Source: Camelus dromedarius
Taxonomy: Eukaryota
Length of the DNA: 64,000 nucleotides
Assembly (NCBI RefSeq): GCF_036321535.1
Contig: NC_087437.1
Span: 109,556,001-109,620,000, forward strand
Direction of reading: 5' to 3'
Position 1 is the stretch's first letter, and each line of letters starts with the position of its first letter. The translations under genes were made by a program, and so were the position numbers. This document shows positions 39,230-50,833 of this stretch, piece after piece. Under the pieces are notes generated by a model. It was not told the origin of the DNA and made no database searches. It was given only the letters and a program-made list of their open reading frames with translations.

Positions 39230-41690
39230 TTAGATACTGATTACTTTTCAGAGTTGGGTTGTTAGTCTTATCCGTATTGCTCTGGCCACAGCAATGTAGA
39301 CCACAGACACAAGAATCACATTTGGCAGTCAGTTTCTTTACGGCAAGTGATTTCCTACTTCGGGACGGTAATGTGTCTTCCTATATAGGAAGCAGGCATG
39401 TTGTGAGGCATCACTTGATTAAAGTGTCCTGAGATTGTCCATGGCCAGTCAGTTTTAAAAGCATACCCACATCTGTGTACTAATTGCCCTTGAATCATCT
39501 GTAGCCTAGTAGCAAGGTGAGAGCAGGATGACCCCAGTCACAAAAAGCCACTAGATCCTAAATGAGTGAACACAGAAATGCATTACTCTGTGCAACTCAG
39601 ATATTTGGGGCATATGAAGTGATCTCTAAAAGCTCACTACCTGATGAGAAAAGAACAGATAAAAGCCCAGATAGATGGATATTTATTTATCCCAGGGCAA
39701 GGTAAACAAATTTCTTCCCACCACAGCACAAATTATTGAGCTGAAAATTCACACAGGAAACCATACCAGTTTGTCAACTGATTTTGTTTATCTTTTAAAA
39801 TCCTCAAAGAGAAGCTCCTTTGTAAAGTACTATTACAAAGACCTGCAGTCTATAAAATTACTTGGATGAGCAGCTGACATTCTGAGAGTAATACTGACTT
39901 TTGTCAATGAATAGTTCTACAATGATCAATGAGAACATCTTTTCCTTCACAGCAGTAGACATTATCAATATTTTAACTCTCTCTATGGTTTTCCCCGCGC
40001 TGGCAACCATAACACGCAATTTGTTTTCCAGTAGCCAATTCATTGCATTCCACAGTCTTTTTTTTTATATTTTCAACAGAAAACAACTCTTTCTGTTGTG
40101 TCCTCTACACAACTGCCACAGACATTTGGAACCATATGTTCCTGTCTGGTGCACACCACGAACAAGTGGAGAATGTCAAAATGTGGCTTACAGAAAATCC
40201 TCTGTGATGTGTGGCCGCACCCCAGACAGCCGTAGAGATGGAAATCTACCCAGGATGTTGGAGAAAGAGCACACCACAGCGTCACTTTTCTCTCTTGGAG
40301 TCACCTTGATGATGATACTTCCATCTCTGCCTGAGCCTGTGGATCCAGGGATGTTTCTCTTTACAGCCTTACATCACCACTTCAATGGTGAAGCCAAATG
40401 GTCGAAATGTGATGTAGAACCAGATACGTGTGGCTTCACCCTTCTGCTCAGCCCTACACAAGTGATATACAATCTGTGTTTTACCACCACAACCCTTAAC
40501 CATTACTTAAAATAATTTTTCAAGTGGATTATGTTCTTGCTAATTGGTATAAGAGGAAAGCAAGTCACTAAGCAGCTTCCATATTTTTGTTCCAAAGTGC
40601 AAAGATTTCCTCTGCTGGTGCATAACTTTACCAGCTACATCATGCTGCTCCTAAACACAGTTTTATTCATGAATCCATTCATTTACCAATGTTTGTTCTA
40701 TTCTGAACAAGATACGATGACTCTTCTGGGGAACTGAGAAGATGTAGGGGACTCAAAAATGAACCCAACATTTTAAGGTCATAAGCTACTTAGTTAAATA
40801 AGCGGCATACATTATTTCAAAGAAGCATCAAAAATAGAAATTAAGGTATTCTTTCTATGTGTTCATGACAGTGCAACCTCAGTTTCCCTTTTCCCCCTCT
40901 GCCTCACTCGTGAAACCACATATGGCCCTATAAACACAGATGTTCCCGCCTGTCTCATTCATGTTTGATTTCCAAGTCATACGTATTCTACCCATGTAAA
41001 TGATCATAGTTGGCTTTAGGAAAAATATCATGAAATTCCCTAAAAATTAAATTGCTGTTATTCTATCACTATTATTCTCTCTGTTTTCCTCGTCAAAAGA
41101 AAAGAAAGAGAGAGACCCAAACATTCAATAGAAGACAAATATTATATATAACAATGTGTGAATTTAGGTCATAAAAATATAAACTAGAGGGGTTTTTTTT
41201 ATTCAGTAGCAGCAATTTGTGGGCCCTGTAGTGTGGCAAAGATAAAACTGTCCAAAGACACAAATACAGTATATAGTTAGTCACGGGTGGTGTCATTTGG
41301 CTCAAAAGAGACTTTTATTTTGCCTTTCTTTCCCTTAACCACATTCAGAATTAGAACGAAGTGATGAGAACCAGCAGGAAGACAGAACAAACAGCCAGCA
41401 GAACCATGTAACTGTTCAAACAGCCAGCTAAACTCATTGCACATCTCAACCACAGAAATATTTCAGGTGACTCTGTTTTTGACAAAACGTGGGAACCACA
41501 GGATCTACAACACTTACAAGCAAAACTCAACAACTCTAATAATAGTCACAGAAGTGAAAGCCAATTTGGATAAAATAAGACATTGACTCAAATCCTCTGA
41601 GAGAAGATTTCTGAAAACAAAGTTTACAAAAATCTCATTTTGCCTTTTGGGAGTTACATTCCTCTCTGCAGGTTGACTCTTTCGCTGGGT
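39230..41690 (+). mobile_element. Putative decayed Ty3/Gypsy-type pol fossil (RT, RNase H, integrase N-terminus; MamGyp-int-like)
   Basis: Frameshifted plus-strand motifs in pol order: DYFSEL (39239), LRYLGH (39596-39613), GKVNKFLPTTAQI (about 39696), SFKILKEKLLCKVLLQRP (39791-39844), TE/KQLFLL..HRHLE (about 40077-40131), EKEHTTASLFS (about 40261), then PQDLQ..H..QFG*NKTLTQI..YIPLC (41496-41669). Manual matching only. Confidence 0.5.
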
Positions 41691-42885
41691 TGGTTTCTTT
41701 ATTACTGGGAGAATGTTCCTGCACCATTTCTTCTCCACCTGACATGAAATGCGATACCTTTTTTTTTTTCCTCATTTTTTTTTTTTTTTTTATCTCACAG
41801 TGACTAAGAGTCTATTTCATGCTCTGGCTGTTGACTGAACATGTAGTTTGTAGCCCACCTTCTTCAAGAAGGATGTGGGTGACATTTGTGGTGGCACACC
41901 AGTGAAATCTGTGTCTCATGGGGTTTACTGTCTCAGTGCCTGTAAGTTTGCTAATAATATACCCAAATGGAAGCAGATAAAAATACAACCTTAATTAGCA
42001 TCAATCAGCTCATTCTCTAGGAAAGGGAAAGTTTGTATGGAATTAATATAAGCTCTTCTTTATTGATTCCTATTATATTATATTATGGGTAAAGTCCATC
42101 AACAGGTTCTTGTCCACATGTAATCAGAAACTTAGTAGATTGTTTTGTGTTGACATTATTTTCAGAATATATAAGATGGTTCTCCTCTGTGGGTTCCATC
42201 TGCCTGTTTACTGGACTTATATTTGAATCATGTCTATGCCTCTTGTTTTTCCCAAGCCAATCTTATATGCACTTTGTTAATTTGAAAATAATAATAAAAT
42301 AAGCAAACAATTTTTTTTCAAGAGTCCAATAAAAAGAGTGACAACTCAGTTCTAGACACCAAGGTATATGAAGTACAGGGAAGAAAGCTGAGTATGGAAT
42401 GAGAAACCTTTGTTCTCTGCCTATGTATCTGTTGGATACTGGACCTCAGATTCCTCCTGTTAAATGAAGGAGCTGGAATCAATGTTCTTTAAGATAATTC
42501 TGTTTCTATCCAGAGTCTCCAGTTTTCTGTCCAGAGTCTCCAGATTCTTCCAACTTGTCCCTTTGCCCATTCTCCTCATCAGTGTCTCCAAATCTGACAT
42601 GATCAAATTTGTGTTTAAGTAAGGACACTATGGCTACAATGTGGGGAAGAGCTTGGAGAGGAGTATGAGTTTTGGGGTGACACAGGGAGGAGGTGAATGT
42701 GGTGTGACTTGAGTAAACTGATGGGAGTCTGAGCTCATGGTGTGGGGGAAGAGGGGAATGAAGAAGATATATCTGGTGTTAAGCCGTCTGGCAGTAGTTT
42801 TACTGATTTGGAGTTGGTGAATTGAGGAGAAAGAGGGGTTAAAACAATGCTCAGACAAAATCAGGCACATTCAGGGTGGTATGTC

Positions 42886-43711
42886 TGTAGACAGACTCGT
42901 AGATGTAGTAAACAATTTTATGGTTATCAGGGGGAAGGAGGTGGGAAGGGATAAATTTGGGAGTTTGAGATTTGCAAAGGTTAACCACTATATATGAAAA
43001 TAGATTAAGAAAAAAACCAAATTAAAGAAGATGTGGTATATTTATACAATGGAATACTACTCAGCCATAAAAACCGACAACATAATGCCATTTGCAGCAA
43101 CGTGGATGCTCCTGGAGAATGTCATTCTAAGTGAAGTAAGCCAGAAAGAGAAAGAAAAATACCATATGAGATCGCTCATATGTGGAATCTAAAAAACAAA
43201 AACAAAAACAAACAAACAAACAAAAACAAAGCTTAAATAAAGGACAGAAATGGACTCACAGACAGAAAATACAGACTTGTGGTTACCAGGGGGGTGGAGG
43301 GTGGGAAGGGATAGACTGGGATTTCAAAATTGTAGAATAGACTACACTGTATAGCACAGGGAAATATACACAAAATGTTATGATAACTCACAGAGAAAAA
43401 AATGTGACAATGAGTGTGTATATGTCCATGAATAACTAAAAAATTGTGCTGAACACTGGGATTTGACACACCATTGTAAAATGATTATAAATCAATAAAA
43501 AATGTTTTAAAAAAAAAGAAAAAACCAAATTGCTTCTGTATTACCACAAGGAACAATACTCAATATCTTGTAATAACCTTTAATGAAAAAGTATATGAAA
43601 ATGAATAAATGTGTGTGTGTGTGTATATATATATATATGCATAATTGGGACATTATGCTGCACACCAGAAATTGACACATTGTAACTGACTACACTTTAA
43701 TAAAAAAAAAT
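42886..43711 (+). mobile_element. L1 3' end containing a nested younger L1 3' end (43024-43515)
   Basis: The inner copy starts in the ORF2 C-terminal region (AAGAAGATGTGGTATATTTATACAATGGAATACTACTCAGCCATAAAA), ends AATAAAA plus A tail, and is bounded by TSD AAGAAAAAAACCAAATT (43007-43023) / AAGAAAAAACCAAATT (43516-43531). The outer L1 3' UTR resumes afterwards and ends AATAAAAAAAAAA. Confidence 0.9.
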
Positions 43712-46700
43712 GCTCAGGTTTCTGGTTTCACTAATCTGTTTGGTATTCGCACCCTGAACTAAGATGGAGAATGAAGCAACCAAGAACGTCAGCTTTGAGG
43801 AACAGAGGCAAAAGTTCGATTTTGGACATGGTGACGTGAAATCTCTCTGGGACATAGTCACCTGACTGTTACTGTACACTTGAGGGCTAGGACCTTCACC
43901 CAACACAGAGCTGAGTCCTGTCTCCACATGACATGGCTCCTGGAAAAAAAATTCAAATCCAAAAATAATTTCAAAAAATGACTTAGATTTTTATGGGGGT
44001 TTCATTGGAAAGACTAGGGAATGCAGTTACATTGCTTATCACATGTTAACATTTTTTAAAAGTCATCCATATATAGTTCTTTCTCCGAATCTCAGCTCCC
44101 CATAACAATTTCTAATCATGTTCCTTTCCTCTCTGGGGAAAAAAAAACAAAAAACAACAACAACAAAAAGCCCTCTTTTCCTCTACTCAGTATCCTCCAA
44201 AATGTCAAAATATTGCATTCTTCATTCATTTAGACATGAAGCTGGGGAGCCAGCATGGTCTTGGTGAGTTTCAAGGCTTCCTGTCACACCCTCCTCTCAA
44301 TTTTATGACTAAGCACATCATGTTCTTATTAATTATATATCAGTCTCCTCTCATCCTCTATTTGATGTTGAGCCCCCGAAGAACATGGCTAATGGTTTTT
44401 GTTTTATTATGTAATGCCAGAACTTATGTTAGACTTACATTAGGTAGGACATACATATTTATTTAGTTAAAAAATTATATGTAGGCAGTAGCCAATTATT
44501 TTCAAACCATACTTTTTTTTTTCATGAAATATCCTTGGACATCCCAGGTTGACATATTTTCTCCCACACACTCTCCCAAAGGAAATGAATTTTACCTCTG
44601 GTTTTTGAGTTTCACTTACCATGTGCTATCCCATATTAAGGTAATTCCATACATATTATATCTCTATTATGCTCATCAAAATTTACTAGTCTTTATTTTA
44701 CTAACACTCACACTGTGATTTAACTGTATCAGGTGTTCAAAAAAGTATTCAGTACACAAGAAGGAATAAGTTAACAAAGGCATTATCTGGGGTTTTGGTT
44801 TGTGTGTATCATCAATGATCTCTGTTATTTTCGCTCTATGTATAAAACACACCTGATTCTGACCATTCATCTTCTACTCTATTCACTCAGTTTTATTTTG
44901 CTTGAGAACAGAGACTATTTCTATTCCTACTTTGTAGCCTTTCATTCCATTTCCTAGTTACACATTTTGTTAATGCTAATTGTTAAAAATACATCTATTG
45001 AATGAAGCCATGTAATCGCAGTCCTATGGGATATCCAATCTGCCATCACAGGACATCCTCCTCAAATATGAAGAACAAGCCTCCGTAAGGAACTGAACAA
45101 AGTTTGTGGTATCTTAATGAGGAAGAAGGGACAAAAGCTATTGAGAAGGGCACTGATAGTGTCTAGCCCCATAAGATGTTGCATATTCTCAAGAACATGT
45201 TTAAGACTTTGTGTCTGTTCACAAGGGATTTTTTAACTATCAACACTTGGTTGCACTAGTCTGCATGTTTATTTTTTAGCAACACATACATCTGAGGGTT
45301 GTTTTATTTCCTATTGGATTAAGTGCTATAGCAAGTATACATGTCTTATCTTACATACCACCTGCAAGGAATTTTAAACATGTTATTAATCTTTCAGTTA
45401 AAAAATACAAAACAAAACTTTACCGACTTTAAAATGCAAAACATCTCTGTTAGATTATATGGAAATGGTTTAACTGTACCAAAACAGGCCTTCTGCACTA
45501 AAAAGGAGAAATTTCCCTTTAATTAGAATGACAGCAGGAATTAAGGAAGGCAGAATTTAATATAATTATAATTGGGAAATCATTATTTAACAAGAGTCAT
45601 GCTGCATTTCTTGAAGAAAACACAATGAAGATCTTTTAATTTAAGATGAGTCAATAATTTTATTTTTATATTTCTCCTGAGCCTGTTTTAATTAAAAGAG
45701 TATCTAAAATAAATTTGAATACACGTTCTACACTTTCCTAGTCTCAAATTGCACTCTTTTGCTTGGGAAGTCTATGCACAACATTAAGGTAAATTTCAAA
45801 AAGTAATACTTTAAAACATGTATGAATATGGGGAAACGAGAATACTGAACAAGCAACAGAAAGTTCAAGAATAAGGAATTCATTCTTTAAAGAATGAAAC
45901 ATACAGCTGCACCAACCTGTTTGATATTTATTGCTGCCTGTCTGCTTATTGACATATTTTTTATTAAACAAACAAACAAAAAAAGTTTACCATGAGCATA
46001 TCCTGAACTTACATGGTCTATTTAAATTTTAAGTTGCACATTGCTACCCTTTGTCAGGGTTTCCAGCTTTGATTCTCCTAGTCAAACATAATCTTAAGGG
46101 GCTCAGTTTATTAAGCAGAGAAAACACGCATAAAACAGTGGTTCTACTCTGTGTCAGAAAGGAAAACTATGCTGTAAAATAAACTGTACTGTATCACATA
46201 TTAAATGAGAAAAAAAACACGCTTGAGGAGCACAGATTTGTCCATGTACCAATGGAAAGAAGGGAGTTCTTAATTTGTTACAGAAATTACACCTTAGATA
46301 TGGATTTAAATGGTCATTTCCACCACTACTGATGGTGTGTGATGCAGGTGCTTTGCTAATAATAATAATAATAAAAATAATAATAATGGAATTGAATATG
46401 TATTGAATTTAGTGTGCACTGGTTACTTTATATGTATTGTCCCTTTTAATCCTCTGAGATAGGTCCTATTGTATTATCATCACTCCCATTTTCCAGGTAA
46501 GAATTTGGAAGAAAGGTAAAGTTAAGCAAATTGTCCAAAATCACTTAGCCAATAGATGTGGAGCCAGGATCCCAGTCAGGAGCCCATGCTCTTCAGAATG
46601 TAACCCTCTGGAGTCTAGATTTGTGCTTGTATACTACGTTGATGATCTCTATATTTTCTCTCTCTATATATAAAACCCTTCTCTTCCTATGATCATTCAT

Positions 46701-47114
46701 CTCATGCTAATCCAGTTTTCTTTTACTTGAGATCAAGGGTCATTCCTTTCCTTATTTTGTATCCCTTAATTACATTTCCTCCTTGCACATTTGCCTAATG
46801 CTAATGGATATGCTAATATATGCCAATAAGTAAGTAGAGACAAGGTTCAAACCAAGTAATCGAACTCACTTGGTCCTGTGCTCTTCACCACGAGGCTCCA
46901 CCAGCCAAGAGAAACAATTTTTCTCTCTGCTTTGGCTTCCTCTTATACAAAGTAGAGTGCAAGGGGAGTTAGATGGTTTTTAAGGACTTTGTCATCTCGG
47001 TAGTTTGTCTATCATCCCATGTGATAGCTATGCTAGGCTAACACAGAGTTAAGGAAGACAGATGTCTGTATGGAAAGGATTAATAAACACTGATTAACCA
47101 GGATGCTCAATGGT

Positions 47115-47525
47115 TGGGGTTGGTCTTGGTTTCCATTCCTACAGAACCCTACACTCGGTCAAGGAGTAGAATGTAGGCAATTTGGGAGGTGATTTCAGGA
47201 TGCAGCAGTAGGAGAGTGGACTGGTGACATGGTGTGTTAGGACGCAAGTAACTCAGTCTCTCAGGGGAACTCTGAGGAAGACAGAGAACTGAGCTAGGGA
47301 GCCCTTCTGCTGAGGCTGTTTCTGGGGACACTTATTAGTGAGTGCTGCCCAAGGGTCTTGTTTGGCACTTACAGGGTCTGGTTTGGCTGTACCTGTAGGA
47401 AGTATGGGTTCAGGAGACCAGAGGAGATACCCAAGCAAAGAAGTGCAGTTGCTGGCATTGAAAGTCAGACCTGCTCGCACTGGAGGAGAAAGGGCAAGTG
47501 GACAGACCTGGAAACTGTCCACAAC
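47115..47525 (-). mobile_element. ERVL-class solo LTR (LTR16/LTR67-like)
   Basis: TTGGTTTCCATTCCTACAGAACCCTACACTC...AATTTGGGAGGTGATTTCAGGATGCAGCAGTAGGAGAGTGG is a reverse ERVL LTR terminus. Confidence 0.55.
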
Positions 47526-48831
47526 AGTATGCTGACAAACTAAACTTTAAGGCTAAGATTTACCCTGAGACATTTGTTTGTTTGGTCTTCCTGGTAGAGT
47601 TAATTTTACTTCCTGGAACAGTACAGTCTTCTTCCTCATTTTAGTAGAGTGTAAAGGACACAGCTGAATCTCTTTGATGATTGAGTTTCTTGTCATCAGT
47701 CTTCGCCATTACTATGACGAAAGTTTTAGTGTTTTCCCCCTACCTGAGTAAATGGTTTCACATAGCGTGATGTCTCAGAGAAATACTTCACTACAAGCAC
47801 TCTGCAAATACAATGGGAGAATTTAGAAACCCAAATGATGGCTGTTATCTTTCTCCTGCCTGGGCTTGGAGGAATGCACTGATCATAATGGCAGTTTTAA
47901 TCCTTTGAGAGCAATGATTTCCAACCTTATTTTTGTGATATCCCAGAGCACCCTTAGGAACATCATCAATTTCTCAGGGGGAAAAACACACACATAAAAA
48001 CAACAGCTAACAAAATCCTGAATCGATACAAATTTAATTTGATTTTCAAAATGTAGGTATAGCATGAAGCACTTTTTAGGAAGTAGTTCATGCAATGAAA
48101 TAAAACCAAAATAACAGGTGCTATAATTTGCAAAGCTTGCTAGCAACTGCTTTTTTGAGCCAAGAGAGAATGAAAAACATGGACACTAGAAACTGAGGGA
48201 ATATAAGTACTAATCATAAGTGGTAGTTTTTAAAACTGAAAAAGAAATTCACTGAGTGAAGGGAGGAGGAGAGAAGTTATCACACACAAGAACTGCACAT
48301 TTTCATGACCTTCGAATCAATTTCTCTAGCAAACCAGCCAGGTGGTTGTACCTCTCCACTTCTTAATAGATTTATTTTGTTATGTGAGAATCTCTCTCAT
48401 TTGTCTCTTTTAACTGGTGTGGGGCAAGAAGACAGCTATTATTATAGAAGTTTCTCCGTCTTGCAATCCTAAATATTTTCTGTAGATTTCAGAAGAGACA
48501 TTCTGGGAAAATCCAGAGACTTTGCTTTATATTTCCTGCATTGGTCCTTTCAACAAATTTATGAAATGATATTTAATTCATTTGTCATATGGTTTTTCAG
48601 GATCATTTCAAATGGAAACTAATTTGATCTCAAAGTTGGATACAAAATTTTGTCTCAAAAATACCGAAAGAGTACCAAATATATCCATAAGGGACAGAAA
48701 GACCTCTTTAATGCCAGTATTTTATAACTGAAAAATGTTTAAGTAACTTTGGAGGCTCCACATACACTGTTAAGTCAATCCTGATAGTAAACAAATATTT
48801 CATTTTATATTGATAACGTCTCTTTGGAAGA

Positions 48832-49290
48832 GACTGCAACTGTTCGCTGAAATCTTTTCTCACCTTTCTTTGTAGAAAGTTAATAACTAGAAATACTCCT
48901 GCCCAGGGAAAGACTACGCCTCCTAGTCCCTTTTGAAGCTAATTTAGTCACATGGGTCATATAATTATGTTCTTGACAGTAGAACGTCAAAGAGACGTGA
49001 TGAGTTTTAATTCTAGTTCCGAATGTTAAAAAAATTGGACCTATGTTCCTCTATATCCCTTCTACCCCTTGTAAGAAACACAGCTTTGAATATTCAGATG
49101 AGGACGATGCACTAGGAGGTAGAAAATCAAAAATACGAAAAGACTCTGGGTTCTAAATGACTCCATGGACCAGAGTCTTCTGCCAATCTACACCGTTTAC
49201 TGTCAAAGTTATGTGAGTGAGAAATAGGCTTATTTTTCCTTTAAACTCTGTATTTTAGGGCTGCTTTGTTATAACAGCTTAGTCTTAAAT
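48832..49290 (+). mobile_element. MaLR solo LTR (MLT1J/K-like)
   Basis: MLT1-type body and 3' end TGTGAGTGAGAAATAGGCTT...TTTAAACTCTGTATTTTAGGGCTGCTTTGTTATAACAGCTTAG. Confidence 0.65.
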
Positions 49291-49995
49291 TTCTCAATAG
49301 GCAGGGATGTTTATCTCCTGGAACCACACCAGCGATCTTAGAAAGACCTTATTCTCATCAGGCAAAGGAGGTTAGCAAGCATAGAGCTGGTTGGACCAGC
49401 TCTTTACATTAAACTTTTGGTGGCAGACATTAAAGAAAACAACATAAAGGTTTTTTGGTTTTTTTTTTTTTCCTACCAAATGGAAAAATTATTGATTTGA
49501 GGGTAATTTAAGATGAGCTTAAAATCTCAAAAGTGAAATAATATTTACACAATTTGCATGCTTATGGACTCACTTACAAATACTCTGGTGGTAGGAGTGG
49601 GAAATTAACATCCTACTATCTGCTACTAATCTCACTTTATGTATGAGTTTGGAGTTATCAAACTAACATAGGTTGACAAAAATAAGACTCAGGGCTCCTG
49701 ATGGTGAAGATGGTAATGATAATGGCAGATAAGGAAGAAAAGTGTCAAGAGAGATAAATGAAGAAAAAGGAGGAAAAGATGTGTATGATTAGCTCTAAAG
49801 TGAAAGGAAAACAAAGGGAGTAAGGATAGACAATTGCTTATTTGATAAATGAGGATCCTAACCACAAAATTGCTTGAGGATGGTGGAGGAGAAGACAGCT
49901 GGTGGCTATGTATTCTTTAGCTGTATGTCAGCTCTCCAAGGAATGTCTTCTTGAATGGCTGTGTTAATAAAATGTGAACATTTGTCAGCGTCACT

Positions 49996-50833
49996 GTATC
50001 AGTTTCCTAGGTCACTATAGCAAATGACCTCAAACTGGGTGGTTTAGCAGAGAACAGAAACAGACTCTCAGACATAGAAAAATTTACAGTTATCAAAGGG
50101 GAAAGGGCTGGGGGACAGATAAATAAGGAGTATGGGATTAACAGATACACACCACTGTGCATAAAATAGATAAACAACAAGGACCTACTGTACAACACAG
50201 GAAACTATATTCAGTGTCTTGTAATAACCTTTAATGGAAAATAACCTGAAGAAGAAATATATGTATGTACATATATAACTGAGTCACTTTGCTGTGCACC
50301 TGAAACATTGTAAATCAAGTATACTTCAATAAAATAAAATAAAATTGGGAGAAAAAAAAAGCTAGGTGCCTTAAATAACAAATCTGTTGTCTCATAACTT
50401 TGGAGGCCAAAAGGCCAAAACCAAGGAGCCGGTAGGCATACTCACTCCAGAAATTCTAGGGGAGGACACTTCTTTGCCTCTTCCAGCTGCTGGTGGTTCC
50501 AAGCAAATCATAAGTCCTTAGATTACGGCAGTGTAACTCCTGTCTTTGACTCTGCCTTCACATGACCATCTTCTCTTCATGTCTGTGGGTCTGTATGTCT
50601 TCACGTGTGTTTCTCTCCTCCTCTTAGAAGGCCATCCTACTGTGTCTCCTTCCTCTTAAAAGGATGCCAGTCATACTGGATTAGCTCATTTTAAACTAAC
50701 TAACCAGGTACATCTTGAATTAGCTAACTACACTTTCAGTGACCCTATATCCAAGCAGGGTCACGTTCTGAAGTGCTGGGAGCTAGGATGTCCACATATC
50801 TCTTTATTGGAGACACAATTCAGCACATAACAC
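49996..50833 (-). mobile_element. MaLR solo LTR (MLT1B/C-like) interrupted by a plus-strand L1 3' end (about 50046-50358)
   Basis: TGTATCAGTTTCCTAGG...AAACTGGGTGGTTTA, then an L1 tail (AACAACAAGGACCTACTGTACAACACAGG...TATACTTCAATAAAA), a decayed TSD AAGCTAGGTGCCTTA, and the LTR continuing to GACACAATTCAGCACATAACA. Confidence 0.82.

Noticed and set aside
40399..40490. Minus-strand GGKTQIV...TFRP resembling the RAD51/DMC1 Walker A region
   Set aside because: Spacing is wrong, flanking residues do not match RecA-family proteins, and the opposite strand has a better explanation.
39901..40515. 204-aa ORF as a functional gene
   Set aside because: No promoter, splice or polyadenylation support seen, and the pol-like motifs are spread over several frames. 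Treated as part of a decayed element.
41758..41800. Long T tract ending in CAG, resembling a plus-strand splice acceptor of a divergent lncRNA
   Set aside because: Poly-T tracts are common here, and no linked exon structure can be supported without transcript data.
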